The notes: generated by a model not told the origin, from the sequence alone. Counted from the stretch's first letter, positions 1 to 12,911 are shown. The stretch is 64,000 nt of DNA from Candidatus Magasanikiibacteriota bacterium (GCA_017991415.1 JAGOQR010000001.1:109385-173384), one strand, 5' to 3'. Translations and numbers: made by a program.

Positions 1-263
1 AAAATCCCAATAAACGTCTGCGGTAAGCGCAAAACCATTTGGCACTTTCATGCCTTTGGAAGTTAGTTTGGCGTACATTTCACCAAGGGAAGCATTTTTT
101 CCACCAACTGATGGAATGTCTTTGATGGTTAAATCTTTAAACCAGCTAATATACATAAGAGAGGCTTTAAACGAAAATTTTAATTCGTATTCAGGCTAGT
201 AAATTATACCACGTTTATAGTATTTTGAAAAATATGCACATCACTCACACAAAACAGCTCTAT

Positions 264-2294
<2,031 letters not shown>

Positions 2295-2320
2295 CTAAAA
2301 TCTTGTTCAAACCTAATAAC

Positions 2321-3142
2321 TTACAATAATCCCATATACCAATGCACAATACTCTCTCCCCAAGACAAGCAAACAAAAGTGCCGATGGCTAAATAGGTAC
2401 CAAATGGGGTAGCTGACATGAGTGTTTTTTTCTTTGCCACTAATAAAACCACACTACATAGAGCACCCACAACATACGCGATAAAAAGCGCCACAAAAAC
2501 AACTGGCCAACCAAGCAATAGGCCCATCATAAGCCCCAGGCGCACATCTCCCCCACCTATCCATTTGCCCTTAGAGATAACAAACTGCAAAAGAAAAAAC
2601 CCGCCTGCAGCGAGCGATCCAATAAGCATTGAAGTTAAGTTATAGTCTAAATAAAAATTAAAAAATAAAGCAGCAACTGAACCGACCCAAACGAGCTCAG
2701 ATAAAATTTCTTGGTACAAATAATCGTAGACAAAAATAGTAATGAGCAAAATTGAGAAAGCGATGTCCCGTAAAAAATGTACTGGATTAAAATTAAATGT
2801 ACTAAGGTTCTGCCAGGTAACAAGCAATAAAATAAGCGGCGTAATTATTTCTACCATAATAAAATGTCTCGGAATAGGATTTTTACAGGTGCGACACTTT
2901 CCTCCGAGCACTAAAAAACTAATGACAGGTATATTTTCATACCAAGCTAATTGACGTCGACAGATAATACACATACTTCTCCCCGTAGTAATCCGAAAGT
3001 TTTCTCTCGTTCGCCAAACCCAAGCATTTAAAAAACTGCCGAAAGAAAGCCCGAGCAAAAAGATAATTGGGTAGAGAAGATCGCCAAGAGAAAAAAGATA
3101 ATACATATATTTTTTGAATAATACCCATTGTACCATAGTCAT
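2321..3142 (-). CDS. pilD: Prepilin leader peptidase (A24 family, PilD-like)
   Basis: 273 aa polytopic membrane protein. N-terminal CxxC...CxxC zinc motif (CIICRRQ...CRTCKNPI) typical of prepilin peptidases. Confidence 0.8.
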   Translation of the reverse strand: MTMVQWVLFKKYMYYLFSLGDLLYPIIFLLGLSFGSFLNAWVWRTRENFRITTGRSMCIICRRQLAWYENIPVISFLVLGGKCRTCKNPIPRHFIMVEIITPLILLLVTWQNLSTFNFNPVHFLRDIAFSILLITIFVYDYLYQEILSELVWVGSVAALFFNFYLDYNLTSMLIGSLAAGGFFLLQFVISKGKWIGGGDVRLGLMMGLLLGWPVVFVALFIAYVVGALCSVVLLVAKKKTLMSATPFGTYLAIGTFVCLSWGESIVHWYMGLL

Positions 3143-3198
3143 AAAAAAACAAAAACCCTCCGAAAAGAAGGTCTTTGTTTTTCTAAAATATAGAAATC

Positions 3199-3633
3199 TT
3201 AGTCGGCAATTCCAGATGGACTGAGAGTAACTCCGCCACTGAGGCCGTTCATAGTAGTTTCCAAGGTAGCAGTTACACTATATGAGCTTGAAGCTGCAGT
3301 ATAGACGTAAGACTGTGTTCCAAGTGGGTCTGATGGAACTTGACCCATGTAAGGGTTAGCACACCCGGCTGTACCGAAACCAGAGGCATTAAGACAAGCG
3401 TAGTTGGTACTTCCTAAAGTAACGCCAGAACCGGTTGGATATGCGGTTTGATCGGTATAATAAAGTTCTAAAGCGGTTTGCAATTGTTTTAAATCTGAAA
3501 GACGTCTCGCATCGCGAGCTTTTTGTCTTGCATTTCCCAAAGCTACAACAGCCAAGGTTGACAATAAACCGATTATAGCTATTACTACCAACAACTCAAT
3601 TAAAGTAAAGCCTTTTGCATTCATTTTCTTCAT
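3199..3633 (-). CDS. Type IV pilin / pseudopilin
   Basis: N-terminal class III signal KGFTLIELLVVIAIIGLL (prepilin cleavage/methylation motif). 144 aa. Confidence 0.8.
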   Translation of the reverse strand: MKKMNAKGFTLIELLVVIAIIGLLSTLAVVALGNARQKARDARRLSDLKQLQTALELYYTDQTAYPTGSGVTLGSTNYACLNASGFGTAGCANPYMGQVPSDPLGTQSYVYTAASSSYSVTATLETTMNGLSGGVTLSPSGIAD

Positions 3634-3707
3634 ATTTTCACCCCCTTTCTATTATGTAACATAAAATTTTATAAATCAAAATAAAAACTCAAAATATTAT
3701 ACCACAA

Positions 3708-4091
3708 CTATAGCTTTAATAATTTTCTTACTTTATCCACAACCTCGGAAGGTTTGAAATGGGTTTTAATAAGATAATCAGCAGCTCCTTTTTCTAAACC
3801 GCGCTGCACATCGTCTTGTTGACCCAGATTAGTAAGTAAAATTATGGGGATATCCTTGCTTGCATTGTCGGATTTAATTGCTTCTAAAACTGAAAAACCA
3901 TCTAGTTTTGGCAACAAAATATCGAGCAAAACTAAATCTGGCATTTTTTTCTTAATGTCAGTTACCGCTTTCTCTCCATCGTTTGCCATACTTACTTTAA
4001 AACCTTCCATCTCAAATTTTTTCTGATAAATTTCTGCTAAAAAAAGATCGTCTTCGACAATTAATATATGAGTTTGCTTGCTTGAAGGCAT
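3708..4091 (-). CDS. Stand-alone response regulator receiver domain (CheY-like)
   Basis: ILIVEDD...DLVLLDILLP...K pattern of a REC domain. 127 aa, sits inside the pilus cluster (PilH-like position). Confidence 0.75.
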   Translation of the reverse strand: MPSSKQTHILIVEDDLFLAEIYQKKFEMEGFKVSMANDGEKAVTDIKKKMPDLVLLDILLPKLDGFSVLEAIKSDNASKDIPIILLTNLGQQDDVQRGLEKGAADYLIKTHFKPSEVVDKVRKLLKL

Positions 4092-4161
4092 ATAGCGCGA
4101 TTTATATTACCAATTCCTATCTATAAAATAGATATAAAAAAATATTAAATTATGTATATTA

Positions 4162-5301
4162 TTATACCATACTGCGTAAAGCCAAACCAATAGCGACAGA
4201 AAGTCTCGGACCGATTTGACGTAAGACTGGCTTCAAACCATCTTGATAAACAACCCGAGCCCAAGAATCTCCTACATAACATTTTATTCTAAACTTACCT
4301 TCTATATATTTAGCCAGATATGGCATTAGGGCTGTACCGCCAGTTAAAATTATTTTTTCTGGACGCTTGCCTTCGTTACCAGTTTGACGCAAATAGACCT
4401 CGAGACTTATTTCTATCTCTTTCAACATTGGATCTATGACTGGCATAAGAATATCGAGCCACTTCTGCTCGCTTACGTTATTATTATTGGCCGAAGGCAG
4501 AAAGTCAAATAGATCGTACTTAATTTTTTCTACCAAATCTGATTCCACCCCTAAAATATTTTGTAAAATTTTATCCATTTTATCTCCTCCAGACTCGATT
4601 GTCTGATGAGTAATAGGAGCGCCATGATCAATAATAAAAAAATTTGTTCTCTCTGAACCAATATCAATAATCATGGCCACCGCTTGATCGCGACCCATAA
4701 GACACCTGGTGAGAGCAGTTGATTCTGGCTCGAGCGCTTCCAAAGTCAAACCAGATCGAGAAAAAACTTTTGAATAAAATTCTATTAGTTTGTATGGAAC
4801 AGCATTTACAAGCACTCGTTGACTCTGGTCAGAAGACAGCCCAGTAAGCACTTGAAAATCAAGCGCCATCTCTTCGAGCGGTACTGGTAATAATTTTTTT
4901 ACTTCTGCTTTAATAAGATGGTCTAGCTCTTCTTTTTTTACGAGAGGTAATGTAACAACTGCGTGAAAAACCGAAGACACTGGCAGGCTCACCACCGCTG
5001 TTTTGGAAATAATTTTGGAAGCTTTGCAAAGACCTTTTATAATTCCACTATATTTTTCAATATTTTCATCTGTAAACTGATCGGTAACAGAGCTGACAGA
5101 TTTCTTGGGGTCCTGGCCTATAAGATTTGCTAGATTTTTATCTTCTCGTACCTGCAATTTATGAATATCTTGTTTCGCAGAAGTAAGACCGTATGAAAAC
5201 AAAACGGGCCGTTTTTTTTCTAGCCTTAATTCTACTAATTTGATACCACTAGACCCAACATCAATACCTAGATACGACTTTTGCTTTAAAAAACCGAACA
5301 T
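4162..5301 (-). CDS. pilM: Type IV pilus assembly ATPase-like protein PilM
   Basis: Actin-like fold start LGIDVGSSGIKLVEL. 379 aa, located in the pilus gene context. Confidence 0.7.
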   Translation of the reverse strand: MFGFLKQKSYLGIDVGSSGIKLVELRLEKKRPVLFSYGLTSAKQDIHKLQVREDKNLANLIGQDPKKSVSSVTDQFTDENIEKYSGIIKGLCKASKIISKTAVVSLPVSSVFHAVVTLPLVKKEELDHLIKAEVKKLLPVPLEEMALDFQVLTGLSSDQSQRVLVNAVPYKLIEFYSKVFSRSGLTLEALEPESTALTRCLMGRDQAVAMIIDIGSERTNFFIIDHGAPITHQTIESGGDKMDKILQNILGVESDLVEKIKYDLFDFLPSANNNNVSEQKWLDILMPVIDPMLKEIEISLEVYLRQTGNEGKRPEKIILTGGTALMPYLAKYIEGKFRIKCYVGDSWARVVYQDGLKPVLRQIGPRLSVAIGLALRSMV

Positions 5302-5434
5302 ACCAGCAGGATTATAAAAGTTACCGGCGAAAGATTAATTACATTATACCAAATAATAAGGCGTACGTGTATAGTCCATTTGATAACTGGGGATAAATAA
5401 GGTAAAATATTATATACATTTATTAGTTTATCTT

Positions 5435-6811
5435 ATGGCTGTGCAAATCTTTAATACACTAAGTCGTGCTACCGAAGAGTTTAAAACCATCAAAAAAAAC
5501 CATGTTGGCTTATACACCTGCGGACCAACAGTTTATAATTATGCTCATATAGGCAACCTGCGTACCTATATTTTTGAAGACACCTTAAAACGAGTTTTGT
5601 TATACAACAACTACAAAGTAAAGCACATAATGAATATTACCGATGTTGGTCATCTCACCGACGATGCCGATGCTGGCGAAGATAAAATGGAAAAAGGATC
5701 TGCCCGAGAAGGGAAGACTGCCAAACAAATTGCCAAATTTTATACTGCCGCATTTAAAAAAGATTTGGAAGATTTACATATTATCGCTCCTACCAAATTT
5801 ACCAAGGCTACAGATAATATAAAAGAGCAAATTAACCTCATAAAAAAATTAGAGAAAAATGGTTTTACTTACCAAACACCCGATGGTATATATTTTAATA
5901 CAGCCAAACTTCCTGATTATGGCAAGTTGGCAAATTTAAAAAAACAAGAATTAAAAGCTGGCGCCAGAGTAGATATGGGAGAGAAAAAAAATATTACGGA
6001 TTTTGCTTTGTGGAAATTTTCTCCTGCAAATCAAAAACGTCAAATGGAATGGAAGAGTCCTTGGGGCATCGGTTTTCCTGGCTGGCACATTGAGTGTTCG
6101 GCTATGGCGGCCAAATACTTGGGACAACCATTTGATATTCATTGTGGCGGCATCGATCATATTCCCGTACATCACACCAACGAAATAGCCCAAAGCGAAG
6201 CAGCGTATGGCAAACCACTTGCCAACTACTGGATGCATGGTGAATTCTTAATCCTCGAAGAGGAAAAAATGTCCAAATCATCTGGAGATTTTTTAACCTT
6301 AGCCCTACTAAAAAATAAAGGGTTTAACCCTCTCGCCTATCGCTACCTATTACTCCAAACACACTACCGTAAACAGCTCAATTTTTCTTGGGAATCGTTA
6401 CAGGCTGCTCAAAACGGCCTCGAACACTTACACAATATTATTCTCGGCTATGGTCGTGCCGGTGCGGGCTGTGAGGAATACGAAAAAAAGTTTACCGAAG
6501 CCATAAATGATGATTTGGATACTCCAAAAGCCATAGCACTACTTTGGGAACTTATCAAAGACCCAATTTACCCAGGTGAATCCAAGAAAAAAACAATTCT
6601 CAAATTTGATAAAGTGCTTGGCTTGGGACTCGACAAAATAAAAAAGAAGAGAGCTGCAATTTCACAAGATATACAAAAATTATTAACCGAAAGAAACAAA
6701 GCCAGAACGGAAAAAAACTGGAAAGAAAGCGATCGACTTCGCCTAGAAATCGAAGGTATGGGATATACACTTAAAGACACACCAAATGGCACAGAAATAA
6801 CCAAACAATAA
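5435..6811 (+). CDS. cysS: Cysteinyl-tRNA synthetase
   Basis: Class I motifs HIGN ([10 protein letters not shown]) and KMSKS, plus CGG...H zinc ligands. 458 aa. Confidence 0.93.
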   Translation: MAVQIFNTLSRATEEFKTIKKNHVGLYTCGPTVYNYAHIGNLRTYIFEDTLKRVLLYNNYKVKHIMNITDVGHLTDDADAGEDKMEKGSAREGKTAKQIAKFYTAAFKKDLEDLHIIAPTKFTKATDNIKEQINLIKKLEKNGFTYQTPDGIYFNTAKLPDYGKLANLKKQELKAGARVDMGEKKNITDFALWKFSPANQKRQMEWKSPWGIGFPGWHIECSAMAAKYLGQPFDIHCGGIDHIPVHHTNEIAQSEAAYGKPLANYWMHGEFLILEEEKMSKSSGDFLTLALLKNKGFNPLAYRYLLLQTHYRKQLNFSWESLQAAQNGLEHLHNIILGYGRAGAGCEEYEKKFTEAINDDLDTPKAIALLWELIKDPIYPGESKKKTILKFDKVLGLGLDKIKKKRAAISQDIQKLLTERNKARTEKNWKESDRLRLEIEGMGYTLKDTPNGTEITKQ

Positions 6812-6812
6812 T

Positions 6813-7367
6813 ATGTCGATGTTTAAAATCCCCCACCTAACCACCAATACATTTTCCTTGCGAGAAAAATTTAGAATTTCGGAATTATTACTTTTTATTT
6901 TTATAGAAATATTTTTTCTAAATACTATCGTCAACTTATTGTTAAAATATAATGCTGGTTCGAGCGCTACCCTTATCACGCCTATCTTAACCGCCACAAC
7001 CATTGCTACTTTTTTTATTGTAGAAAAATATCGAGATCTCGAAGTGCATACCCACAGCATTAAAATCTACCATTGGGATCGACTAAAAACAGAAATTAAC
7101 AAAGACGATTTAGATAGAATTGAAATTAACCATGGTTTTAACGTACGCCCTTCCCTATTCAGCGTCCAACCTCACCACTACACCCATTATGTATCTATCC
7201 AATTTGTCCTTAAAAATGGAGAGGTCATAAAAAAATATAAACTCAACAACAGCAATATTCCTACCTTTAGCCACCTTCTCAAAGAACTTGGCTACCCCGT
7301 TATCACAGAAACAAACCATATCAAAACAGTACTCACAAAAATAAGGCCTATAGCCACTTCAAAATAG
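6813..7367 (+). CDS. Hypothetical membrane protein
   Basis: 184 aa with two predicted TM helices near the N-terminus. Starts 2 nt after the cysS stop. Confidence 0.4.
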   Translation: MSMFKIPHLTTNTFSLREKFRISELLLFIFIEIFFLNTIVNLLLKYNAGSSATLITPILTATTIATFFIVEKYRDLEVHTHSIKIYHWDRLKTEINKDDLDRIEINHGFNVRPSLFSVQPHHYTHYVSIQFVLKNGEVIKKYKLNNSNIPTFSHLLKELGYPVITETNHIKTVLTKIRPIATSK

Positions 7368-7390
7368 AACAAAAAGACGCTGATGCAAGA

Positions 7391-7419
7391 TTGACAAAAG
7401 CGTCTTTTTTTGATATAAT
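7391..7419 (+). promoter_or_regulatory. Consensus sigma70-type promoter TTGACA-N17-TATAAT upstream of high-GC island 1
   Basis: Exact TTGACA (7391-7396) and TATAAT (7414-7419) with a 17-nt T-rich spacer. The -35 lies in the loop of an AAAAAGACGC/GCGTCTTTTT hairpin. It is followed by a ~95-nt leader with a CGAAGC...GCTTCG hairpin and an AAGGAGAG SD. Confidence 0.6.
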
Positions 7420-7518
7420 GCTTCGTTGTTCTTTACAAATTTTGAGACTCTGATTGACCCACCTATCGAAGCAGTCGCTTCGGTGGTTCTATAGGGTCTC
7501 AACGATAAGGAGAGTCCG

Positions 7519-8523
7519 ATGAAGAACTTGTTTTGGTCCATCTTGACGATGGCCGCCATCATGCTCAGTCTCAGCGCGTGCGACGACTACCAAGTGATGC
7601 CGCACAGCACCTGCACCCAGGACAGCGAGTGCCCAAACACCAGCGTGTGCATCGAGAATTCTTGCGTGCTCCAAGTACCGCTCACCTGCGTGGAGCTCGG
7701 CTGCCCAAATGGCACCGAGTGCCAAGATGACGTATGTGTTGAGTTGGCGCCGCCACACAATGACTGCGATGCCTTTCAGTGGATGACGACTTCCCAGTGG
7801 TATTGCAACTATACTGAGGGAGAACCAGCACCAGAACCGTGGATTTGCCATCTCAATACCACAGACGGTACTGCAAGCGATGGCAGCTGCAACATTCAAT
7901 GCGCTGGCAACTTCTGGCTACCAACCCAGGAGTTCGATATCGACATGAACGCATCGCCGCCGCAGCTAAAAACAGACTACTACGGTCGAGAGTTTACATG
8001 TACCCAATACGTGTACATACCTCCATCGGCAACCTGTGGTATTGCTGTTCAGGTTCCAAATAGCCTTTCGGTGTTTGTTCAGCCGACTGGCAACGCAAAC
8101 CTGCTCTGGTTCGACTTCGTCAAAGTCGGGCCAGATTCACCTGAATGTTCTCCAGAAATCGTCAGGATCGAAATCTTGGAGATGGACAACGCGTTTGGCT
8201 TTATCCCGAATCCAAAGATGCAGATCGGAATTAACAACTCCTTTCTCGTCGCTCCTCTAGCAAACTATGGGGAAGCCGATAGTCTCCTGCCATGGTGGAG
8301 CAAGACTTACTACCAATGGGATGGCGTCGCGCCAGTCGGCAAGAAGACCACTATCCTGTTCAACTGCGATGGCAACTGCGGTCCGCCCAACATGCCGTCT
8401 AACCCCATCGTGCTTCACACCAAACTCTTGCGCTACTGGTGGAGGAAGAACCCAACAGCGCCAACGGTCTCTGGCAACGCGGGGGCAGAACACACGATCT
8501 ACTTCACCCCTCCTACCCTCTGA
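7519..8523 (+). CDS. Cysteine-rich secreted lipoprotein (high-GC island 1)
   Basis: Signal peptide with lipobox LSLSAC. About 58% GC against a ~35% background. An N-terminal cluster of CxxxC motifs resembles EGF-like Cys repeats. 334 aa. The many overlapping ORFs on both strands are GC artefacts. Confidence 0.6.
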   Translation: MKNLFWSILTMAAIMLSLSACDDYQVMPHSTCTQDSECPNTSVCIENSCVLQVPLTCVELGCPNGTECQDDVCVELAPPHNDCDAFQWMTTSQWYCNYTEGEPAPEPWICHLNTTDGTASDGSCNIQCAGNFWLPTQEFDIDMNASPPQLKTDYYGREFTCTQYVYIPPSATCGIAVQVPNSLSVFVQPTGNANLLWFDFVKVGPDSPECSPEIVRIEILEMDNAFGFIPNPKMQIGINNSFLVAPLANYGEADSLLPWWSKTYYQWDGVAPVGKKTTILFNCDGNCGPPNMPSNPIVLHTKLLRYWWRKNPTAPTVSGNAGAEHTIYFTPPTL

Positions 8524-8656
8524 CCAACCCTCCTTCTTGGCCTCACAACGCCGACCAGGAGATTCGATGCACACAAGGTGCATGCGAACGTGAACGGCTG
8601 CTACGAGAATGCAGCCGATTGAATTAAATTTCTAAACTCTTGGAAATTTATCCAAA

Positions 8657-8690
8657 CAAAAAACCGACTCATAAACAAAGTCGGTTTTTT
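8657..8690. terminator. Bidirectional intrinsic terminator
   Basis: AAAAAACCGACT-cataaacaa-AGTCGGTTTTTT hairpin with A/T runs on both sides. Sits between the convergent genes at 7519-8523 and 8700-9650. Confidence 0.7.
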
Positions 8691-8699
8691 ATTTTTAAG

Positions 8700-9650
8700 T
8701 TAATCCATCCATTTTTTAGCTTTAAAAGCGACAAGCATAGACAAAGCGCCTGCTAGTGTAACCAAGGAAATTATCCAAAAACCATAGGGGCTGGTAACAA
8801 ACGGCGTACCGCCAGCATGGATAGCAAAAATAGTAGCTACCAGAGTAAGCGGGAACGTGGTTACAGAGATAATCGTGAGTGTCTTCATAATCTCGTTCAT
8901 ACGAAGTCCTACCACAGATTCGTTTGTTTCGTCGAGCGCATCGGCACTTTCTTTGTGACTTTCGAGGGTATGCCAAATATCCATAGTATAGTCACGAACA
9001 GTATTTATATAGCTTTGATATGCCAGCAAGTTAAGATCTCGGCCGCCAATAGAAACGAGGCGATCCAAGACAATTTTATGACTTTGCATGGCTCTACGAA
9101 AGTTAGTCACGTTCATTTTGAGACGCAAAATTTCTTCGGCCATTTTTCTATCAGGAATTCTGGTAAACAAAATTTTATCAATTGAATTTATATCTTCATT
9201 TATATGAAGCAAAATAGGAAAAATAGATTCGAGCAATCGATTAAGAATTTCAAAAAAAATGTGAGTAGCTGCTCCTTGAAAATATAATTCTCGCACCTCT
9301 GTTTTTTTCTGACACTCCTTAAAAAAATTGTCTATGACTTGTAAGCTATTGTCATGAACAGTAATTAGGTTGCTGCCACTTAAGAAAAAATCTACTTCTG
9401 TAAACCCAAGGCGCCTAGTCGCGCGATCAAAAACAGGAAAATGCAACACCAAAAAATAGTAACTATCTCTTTTAACGAACTTTGGACGTTGAAATGAGGG
9501 TAAGCTTTCTCGCACCTCCTGATCAGCAAGATTAAATCTTTTTTGCAATGTTCGTAAAACTTTTTCTTCTGGCTGCGTAACATTTACCCACTGCAAACTG
9601 CTGCTTTGTATTTCATTTATATTCTTCATAGAAGAAAAAGATTGAACCAA
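8700..9650 (-). CDS. CorA-like divalent cation transporter (atypical pore motif)
   Basis: 316 aa with a cytoplasmic N-domain and two C-terminal TM helices. The conserved LTxxTxxFxPxT stretch is present, but the GMN motif is replaced by AIHAGG. Confidence 0.55.
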   Translation of the reverse strand: MVQSFSSMKNINEIQSSSLQWVNVTQPEEKVLRTLQKRFNLADQEVRESLPSFQRPKFVKRDSYYFLVLHFPVFDRATRRLGFTEVDFFLSGSNLITVHDNSLQVIDNFFKECQKKTEVRELYFQGAATHIFFEILNRLLESIFPILLHINEDINSIDKILFTRIPDRKMAEEILRLKMNVTNFRRAMQSHKIVLDRLVSIGGRDLNLLAYQSYINTVRDYTMDIWHTLESHKESADALDETNESVVGLRMNEIMKTLTIISVTTFPLTLVATIFAIHAGGTPFVTSPYGFWIISLVTLAGALSMLVAFKAKKWMD

Positions 9651-9791
9651 ATATTAAACTCGTGTTTACATTATACCACATTGTGAGCGAAGCAAAAATA
9701 TGCTATCATACTTTATATGTTACGAAAGTATTTTTTTTAAAATTAAAGATGTTCCAACCGATTACAGTAAAGATCTGCTTATCAATTACGT

Positions 9792-10283
9792 ATGGCGTTT
9801 AAACCTCTCGAAGAAAAACCCCGCCCAGAAAGAACAGATACTGCCAAAGCTCCTCACCAAGAGCTTGATTTGCAATTAGAAAAAGAAGGTGACGATGAAA
9901 AAGAACAACAAAATAAAGAACAAAGAATAGCCCCCGAGACTACTGGCCCACAAAAACTAAAATCTATCCTCAAAAAAAGACCTGCCATGCCGCTACCGGT
10001 AAAAGACGAGGTAATTATTAAAATAGAAAAAATAATGGAAGAAAGTCTCAACGATTCGTACCAACGCCTATCCCCTGTAGCTAAACAAGAATTCAAATTA
10101 AAAGGTGAACAAACAGCCACTCAAATTCGAGAACTCCTCAAAAGCAGTCACATAAAAGTAAAAAAAATATTACGATTAATTTTTGATTGGCTTCGCATGC
10201 TTCCTGGCGTCAACCATTTCTTTTTAGAACAAGAGGCAAAAATAAAAACAGATCGAATTATCGCTTTAAAAAAGAAGGAATAA
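9792..10283 (+). CDS. Hypothetical charged (Lys/Glu-rich) protein
   Basis: 163 aa. Stop lies 3 nt before the start of the VirD4-like gene, so it is probably co-transcribed. Confidence 0.4.
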   Translation: MAFKPLEEKPRPERTDTAKAPHQELDLQLEKEGDDEKEQQNKEQRIAPETTGPQKLKSILKKRPAMPLPVKDEVIIKIEKIMEESLNDSYQRLSPVAKQEFKLKGEQTATQIRELLKSSHIKVKKILRLIFDWLRMLPGVNHFFLEQEAKIKTDRIIALKKKE

Positions 10284-10286
10284 AAA

Positions 10287-12845
10287 ATGATTAACGAAAT
10301 CCTAAGTACTATTATTAGCTTGATTAGCAGCTTGTCAGAAAACAATCTATTTTTGACTATTTTGCCCTGGGCGCTTGGACTCATATTTATTATTTCCCTA
10401 CTCTATATTCTAAAAGCGGTTGTTACCGCCAAAGGACGCCAAAGCAAAGCCTTTCATAAAACAGTACTTCTCATAAAAGTACCGAAAGAGAAAAAAGGTG
10501 AAAAACCAGATTCAGCCAGCGCCGAAGATAATATCAACCATGTTCGTGAAGAAATAGCCGTATCCGAAACATTATTCTCTGCTATTGCTGGTTTAAAAAA
10601 AGAAAAAGGCATAATGGCTTGGCTCCGTGGACGCAACGACCATGTGGCTTTTGAAATTGTCGTCAAAGATAGCAAAATATCTTTTTATATTATTGTTCCC
10701 GACAAAATAAGAGGCTTTGTTGAACAGCAAGTACATGCACAATATCCTCATGCAGAAATTACCGAAGAACCAGATTATAACGCCTTCAAACCCCAAAGCC
10801 ATATTGTCGGATCTTACTTGTGGCTCAAACATAAATCTGCCTTTCCTCTCAAAAGCTATAAAAAACTAGATAGCGACCCGCTTGTGGCGCTTCTTAATCC
10901 ACTAAGCAAAATTAACGAAGACGAAGGAGCTATTATTCAATACATTGTTCGACCAGCCTCTAGTTTTTGGAGAAAAGAAGGCGTACACATGATTCGCGAT
11001 ATCAAAAAAGGCGAAAAATTTGAAGACGTAGCCAAACGAGGAGAATTTATGCGCGCAATGAGCGGCTGGACCAAATATATATTCCCTAAAAAGAAAAAAG
11101 ATAACCAACAAATTATTGAACCAAAATACCAACTCACCCAAATGGAAGAAGAGATGGTAAAAAACATGGAAGAAAAAATTAGCCGCGGTGGCGTAGAGGC
11201 AACTATTCGTTTAATTAGCTCTGCAAACAACAAAGAAAAGGCTGTAATGAATTTAGAAAATATTATCAATGCTTTTTCTCAGTATAACTTATACAGATAT
11301 GGCAACACCTTAAGCGCTATTGTTCCTCGACGACCAAATGCTCTTATCCGTGATTACATATATAGAAGCATGCGCGAGAAGCACTACATGGTTTTTAACA
11401 CCGAAGAAATGGCTAGTTTTTGGCACCTACCAATCCCCTCTACCGAAACTCCAAACATCAACTGGCTTGGCGCTCGCAAAGCACCGCCACCAACCAACAT
11501 TCCAAAAGAAGGTATCACTCTTGGCAGATCAGTCTATAGAGGCGAAGAAACAATTATCAAAATGAAACGCGAAGACCGCCGTCGTCATTTATATACTATT
11601 GGTAAATCCGGTAGTGGTAAATCTGTCTTTATTCAAAATCTAGCGGTACAAGACATTATAAACGGTGAAGGTGTTTGTGTTATCGATCCACACGGAGATT
11701 TTGTGGATTATGTATTACAACATGTACCAAAAGAACGCGCCGAAGATGTTATTTACTTTAACCCTTCCGATGTTGAGCGGCCAATCGGTCTCAACATGAT
11801 TGACGTAAACAGCGAAGAACAAAAAGATTTTGCCACCCAAGAAATGATTTCGATTTTCTACAAACTCGTTACTGATCCGTCCATGATTGGCCCAATGTTT
11901 GAACACAACATGCGTAATGTTATGTTAACACTCATGGCTGACACCGAAAATCCTGGTACTATCGCCGAAATTCCTCGCATGTTTACCGACGACGAATTTG
12001 TAAAAAGCTGGAAGAAAAAACTAACTGACCCAATGGTGCTTGCCTTTTGGGATAAAGAAATGGCCAAAACCTCAGATTTCCATAAATCTGAAATGCTTGG
12101 TTATTTAATCTCCAAAGTTGGTCGCTTTGTAGAAAATGCCATGATCCGAAATATCATTGGCCAAACCCATTCTGGATTTAACTTCCGCGAAGTCATGGAT
12201 CAAAAAAAGATCTTGCTTGTTAACCTGGCCAAAGGCTTAGTTGGAGAAATCAACTCCAACTTGCTTGGTTTAATTATTGTATCCAAATTACAAATGGCTG
12301 CCCTCGAACGAGCTTCGCTCCCCGAAGAAAAACGTCACGACTTTTATTTATACATCGATGAGTTCCAGAATTTTATTACCGAATCTATTGCCACAATTCT
12401 CTCCGAGGCGCGTAAATACCGTTTAGAACTTATTATCGCCCACCAGTACATGAAACAACTCGAAGATAACAAAGGCAAAACTACCGTACGCGATGCCGTA
12501 CTTGGTAACGCAGGTACAATTGTATCGTTCCGCATTGGTGTAGAAGATGCAGAAATTTTATCCAAAGAATTTGCCCCGGTATTTAGCGCCTACGACCTGG
12601 TAAACGTAGAACAATATACTGCCTACACCAAACTTCTTATTGACAATACAGCTGCCAAACCGTTTAATATGTTTACCTACCCCCCACGACCTGGCAACAA
12701 ACAGCTCGCAGCTGCCATCAAAGAGCTTTCAAGGCTCAAATATGGTCGCCCACGAGAAATTGTCGAAGCCGAAATTGCCGAACGAGCCCAATTGGGGGTT
12801 ACCATTCAAAAAGGAAAAACCGAACTGAGCGAAGTTGGGTTATAA
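10287..12845 (+). CDS. Membrane-anchored type IV secretion coupling-protein-like ATPase (VirD4/TraG/TraD family)
   Basis: 852 aa. N-terminal TM helices. Walker A TIGKSGSGKS followed by DPHGDF. C-terminal DEFQNF...ARKYRLELIIAHQYMKQL matches the TraG-D_C / coupling-protein motif. Confidence 0.6.
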   Translation: MINEILSTIISLISSLSENNLFLTILPWALGLIFIISLLYILKAVVTAKGRQSKAFHKTVLLIKVPKEKKGEKPDSASAEDNINHVREEIAVSETLFSAIAGLKKEKGIMAWLRGRNDHVAFEIVVKDSKISFYIIVPDKIRGFVEQQVHAQYPHAEITEEPDYNAFKPQSHIVGSYLWLKHKSAFPLKSYKKLDSDPLVALLNPLSKINEDEGAIIQYIVRPASSFWRKEGVHMIRDIKKGEKFEDVAKRGEFMRAMSGWTKYIFPKKKKDNQQIIEPKYQLTQMEEEMVKNMEEKISRGGVEATIRLISSANNKEKAVMNLENIINAFSQYNLYRYGNTLSAIVPRRPNALIRDYIYRSMREKHYMVFNTEEMASFWHLPIPSTETPNINWLGARKAPPPTNIPKEGITLGRSVYRGEETIIKMKREDRRRHLYTIGKSGSGKSVFIQNLAVQDIINGEGVCVIDPHGDFVDYVLQHVPKERAEDVIYFNPSDVERPIGLNMIDVNSEEQKDFATQEMISIFYKLVTDPSMIGPMFEHNMRNVMLTLMADTENPGTIAEIPRMFTDDEFVKSWKKKLTDPMVLAFWDKEMAKTSDFHKSEMLGYLISKVGRFVENAMIRNIIGQTHSGFNFREVMDQKKILLVNLAKGLVGEINSNLLGLIIVSKLQMAALERASLPEEKRHDFYLYIDEFQNFITESIATILSEARKYRLELIIAHQYMKQLEDNKGKTTVRDAVLGNAGTIVSFRIGVEDAEILSKEFAPVFSAYDLVNVEQYTAYTKLLIDNTAAKPFNMFTYPPRPGNKQLAAAIKELSRLKYGRPREIVEAEIAERAQLGVTIQKGKTELSEVGL

Positions 12846-12911
12846 AATAAAAAAATCGATTCTCCTGTCTACTGCCGACAGATTTATTTTGTTCAGTAAT
12901 GATCATAAAAT

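Noticed and set aside
7489-8627. Seven additional ORFs on both strands overlapping the 7519-8523 lipoprotein gene (for example 7489-7899 on the minus strand, 8257-8583 on the minus strand and 8267-8593 on the plus strand).
   Set aside because: Long stop-free frames are expected in about 58% GC DNA. Only the 334-aa frame has a promoter, an SD, and a signal peptide with lipobox. The others are compositional artefacts.
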